64,000 nucleotides of DNA from an uncultured Chloroflexia bacterium (GTDB lineage: Bacteria > Chloroflexota > Chloroflexia > Thermomicrobiales > UBA6265). The translations under genes were made by a program, and so were the position numbers. Below, piece by piece: positions 63,318 to 64,000 of the stretch; the stretch's first letter is position 1, and every line of letters starts with the position of its first letter. The notes under the pieces were generated by a model. That model saw only the letters and a program-made list of their open reading frames with translations, had not been told where the DNA came from and did not search any database. The DNA is taken from contig CAVUKC010000001.1 of the NCBI GenBank assembly GCA_963741965.1, positions 602,794-666,793 of the forward strand. Direction: 5' to 3'.

Positions 63318-64000
63318 ATGTTGGTCGATACCGCGCGCGTTCACGTCAAGGCCGGCAACGGCGGCAACGGATCCGCATCATTCAGACGAGAGAAATACGT
63401 TCCCAAGGGCGGTCCGGACGGCGGCGATGGCGGCAAGGGCGGTGACGTCATTCTGCACGTCGTGTCGAACCTGAACACGCTCCTGCCGTTCCAGTACGTG
63501 ACGCTCTACGCGGCGGAGCCGGGTGGGCACGGCGCGGGTCGCAACAAGACCGGCCGCGGCGGCAAGGACAAGGTCATCAAGGTCCCCGCCGGTACCGTCG
63601 TCTTCCTCGACGGAACGGGCGAGCAGATCGCGGACCTCACCCACCCCGGCGATGAGCTGGTGATTGCCCGCGGCGGCAAGGGCGGCCTTGGCAACGTCCA
63701 CTTCAAGACCTCGACCCGTCAGGCGCCGCGAGTGGCCGAGCTTGGCGAGCCGGGCGAGGAGCGTTGGCTCAGGCTGGAGCTACGCCTCATCGCCGACGTG
63801 GGACTGGTGGGACTTCCGAACGCCGGCAAGTCGACGCTGCTGTCCACGGCGACACACGCGAAGCCGAAGATAGCCGACTACCCGTTCACGACCCTGCAGC
63901 CGAATCTCGGCGTGGTCGAGATCGGCGGCGCTGGCGGGCAGACGTTCGTGATGGCCGACATTCCTGGCCTGATCGAGGGCGCTGCCGGTGGAGCCGGGCT
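63318..64000 (+). CDS. obg: GTPase Obg (partial, runs off the window end)
   Basis: Not in the ORF track because there is no stop in the window. ATG 63318 is preceded by GAAGGAGA. '[42 protein letters not shown]' and G1 '[11 protein letters not shown]'. Confidence 0.9.
   Translation, partial: MLVDTARVHVKAGNGGNGSASFRREKYVPKGGPDGGDGGKGGDVILHVVSNLNTLLPFQYVTLYAAEPGGHGAGRNKTGRGGKDKVIKVPAGTVVFLDGTGEQIADLTHPGDELVIARGGKGGLGNVHFKTSTRQAPRVAELGEPGEERWLRLELRLIADVGLVGLPNAGKSTLLSTATHAKPKIADYPFTTLQPNLGVVEIGGAGGQTFVMADIPGLIEGAAGGAG

Noticed and set aside
1-64000. CRISPR arrays, rRNA/tRNA genes, insertion sequences, toxin-antitoxin pairs and known anti-phage defence systems.
   Set aside because: I scanned all intergenic gaps longer than 80 nt by eye. 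I saw no spaced direct repeats, cloverleaf-like sequences, transposase or nuclease/ATPase defence signatures. This was not a computational search, so short elements could have been missed.

Overview
This is densely coding, high-GC bacterial chromosomal DNA (about two-thirds G+C by eye, not computed). I count about 50 protein genes. I recognise no rRNA, tRNA, CRISPR array, transposase, phage gene or known defence gene. Operons are tight, with several ATGA/TGATG stop-start overlaps, GGAGG-type ribosome-binding sites and GC-rich hairpin terminators.

Left part (0.3-28 kb): pyruvate kinase; a CUT2-type sugar ABC importer; an M16 peptidase-MOSC-molybdopterin oxidoreductase operon; a secreted Cys-rich tandem-repeat protein; a CUT1 sugar ABC importer followed by an MSOX-family flavoenzyme; a Kelch propeller; an LLM oxidoreductase; a ThuA/Gfo pair; and a five-gene overlapped operon joining an NMT1/SsuA-type ABC importer to a MenA-like prenyltransferase and a metallophosphoesterase.

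Middle part (28.9-44.1 kb): this is my best candidate for an undescribed system. It holds cytoplasmic heparinase II/III-like and DUF2264 proteins and an Opp/Dpp-type ABC importer. A GntR/FadR-type regulator is transcribed divergently, followed by a translationally coupled Gfo/Idh/MocA-DUF993-TIM-barrel isomerase trio. The transcription units are tied together by four copies of an AT-rich palindromic motif, ATCATATAT(GAT), which I found only in the intergenic regions of this locus.

Right part (44-64 kb): housekeeping genes (PLP decarboxylase, ispG, rseP, ald, xerD, glyQS, mutY, coaE, an ABC-F ATPase, lysA, rpoD, partial obg) plus an exported DUF3105/DUF3105/DUF305 cluster.

Four genes are interrupted by +1 frame changes: DUF2264, ispG, the ABC-F ATPase and probably the N-terminus of the second DUF3105 gene. 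Each reconstructed gene is 3n+1 nt long. Single-base insertion errors in the assembly are the simplest explanation, but this needs read-level checking.

The taxon cannot be assigned from the sequence alone. Family names are pattern recognition from the translated ORFs, not database hits.
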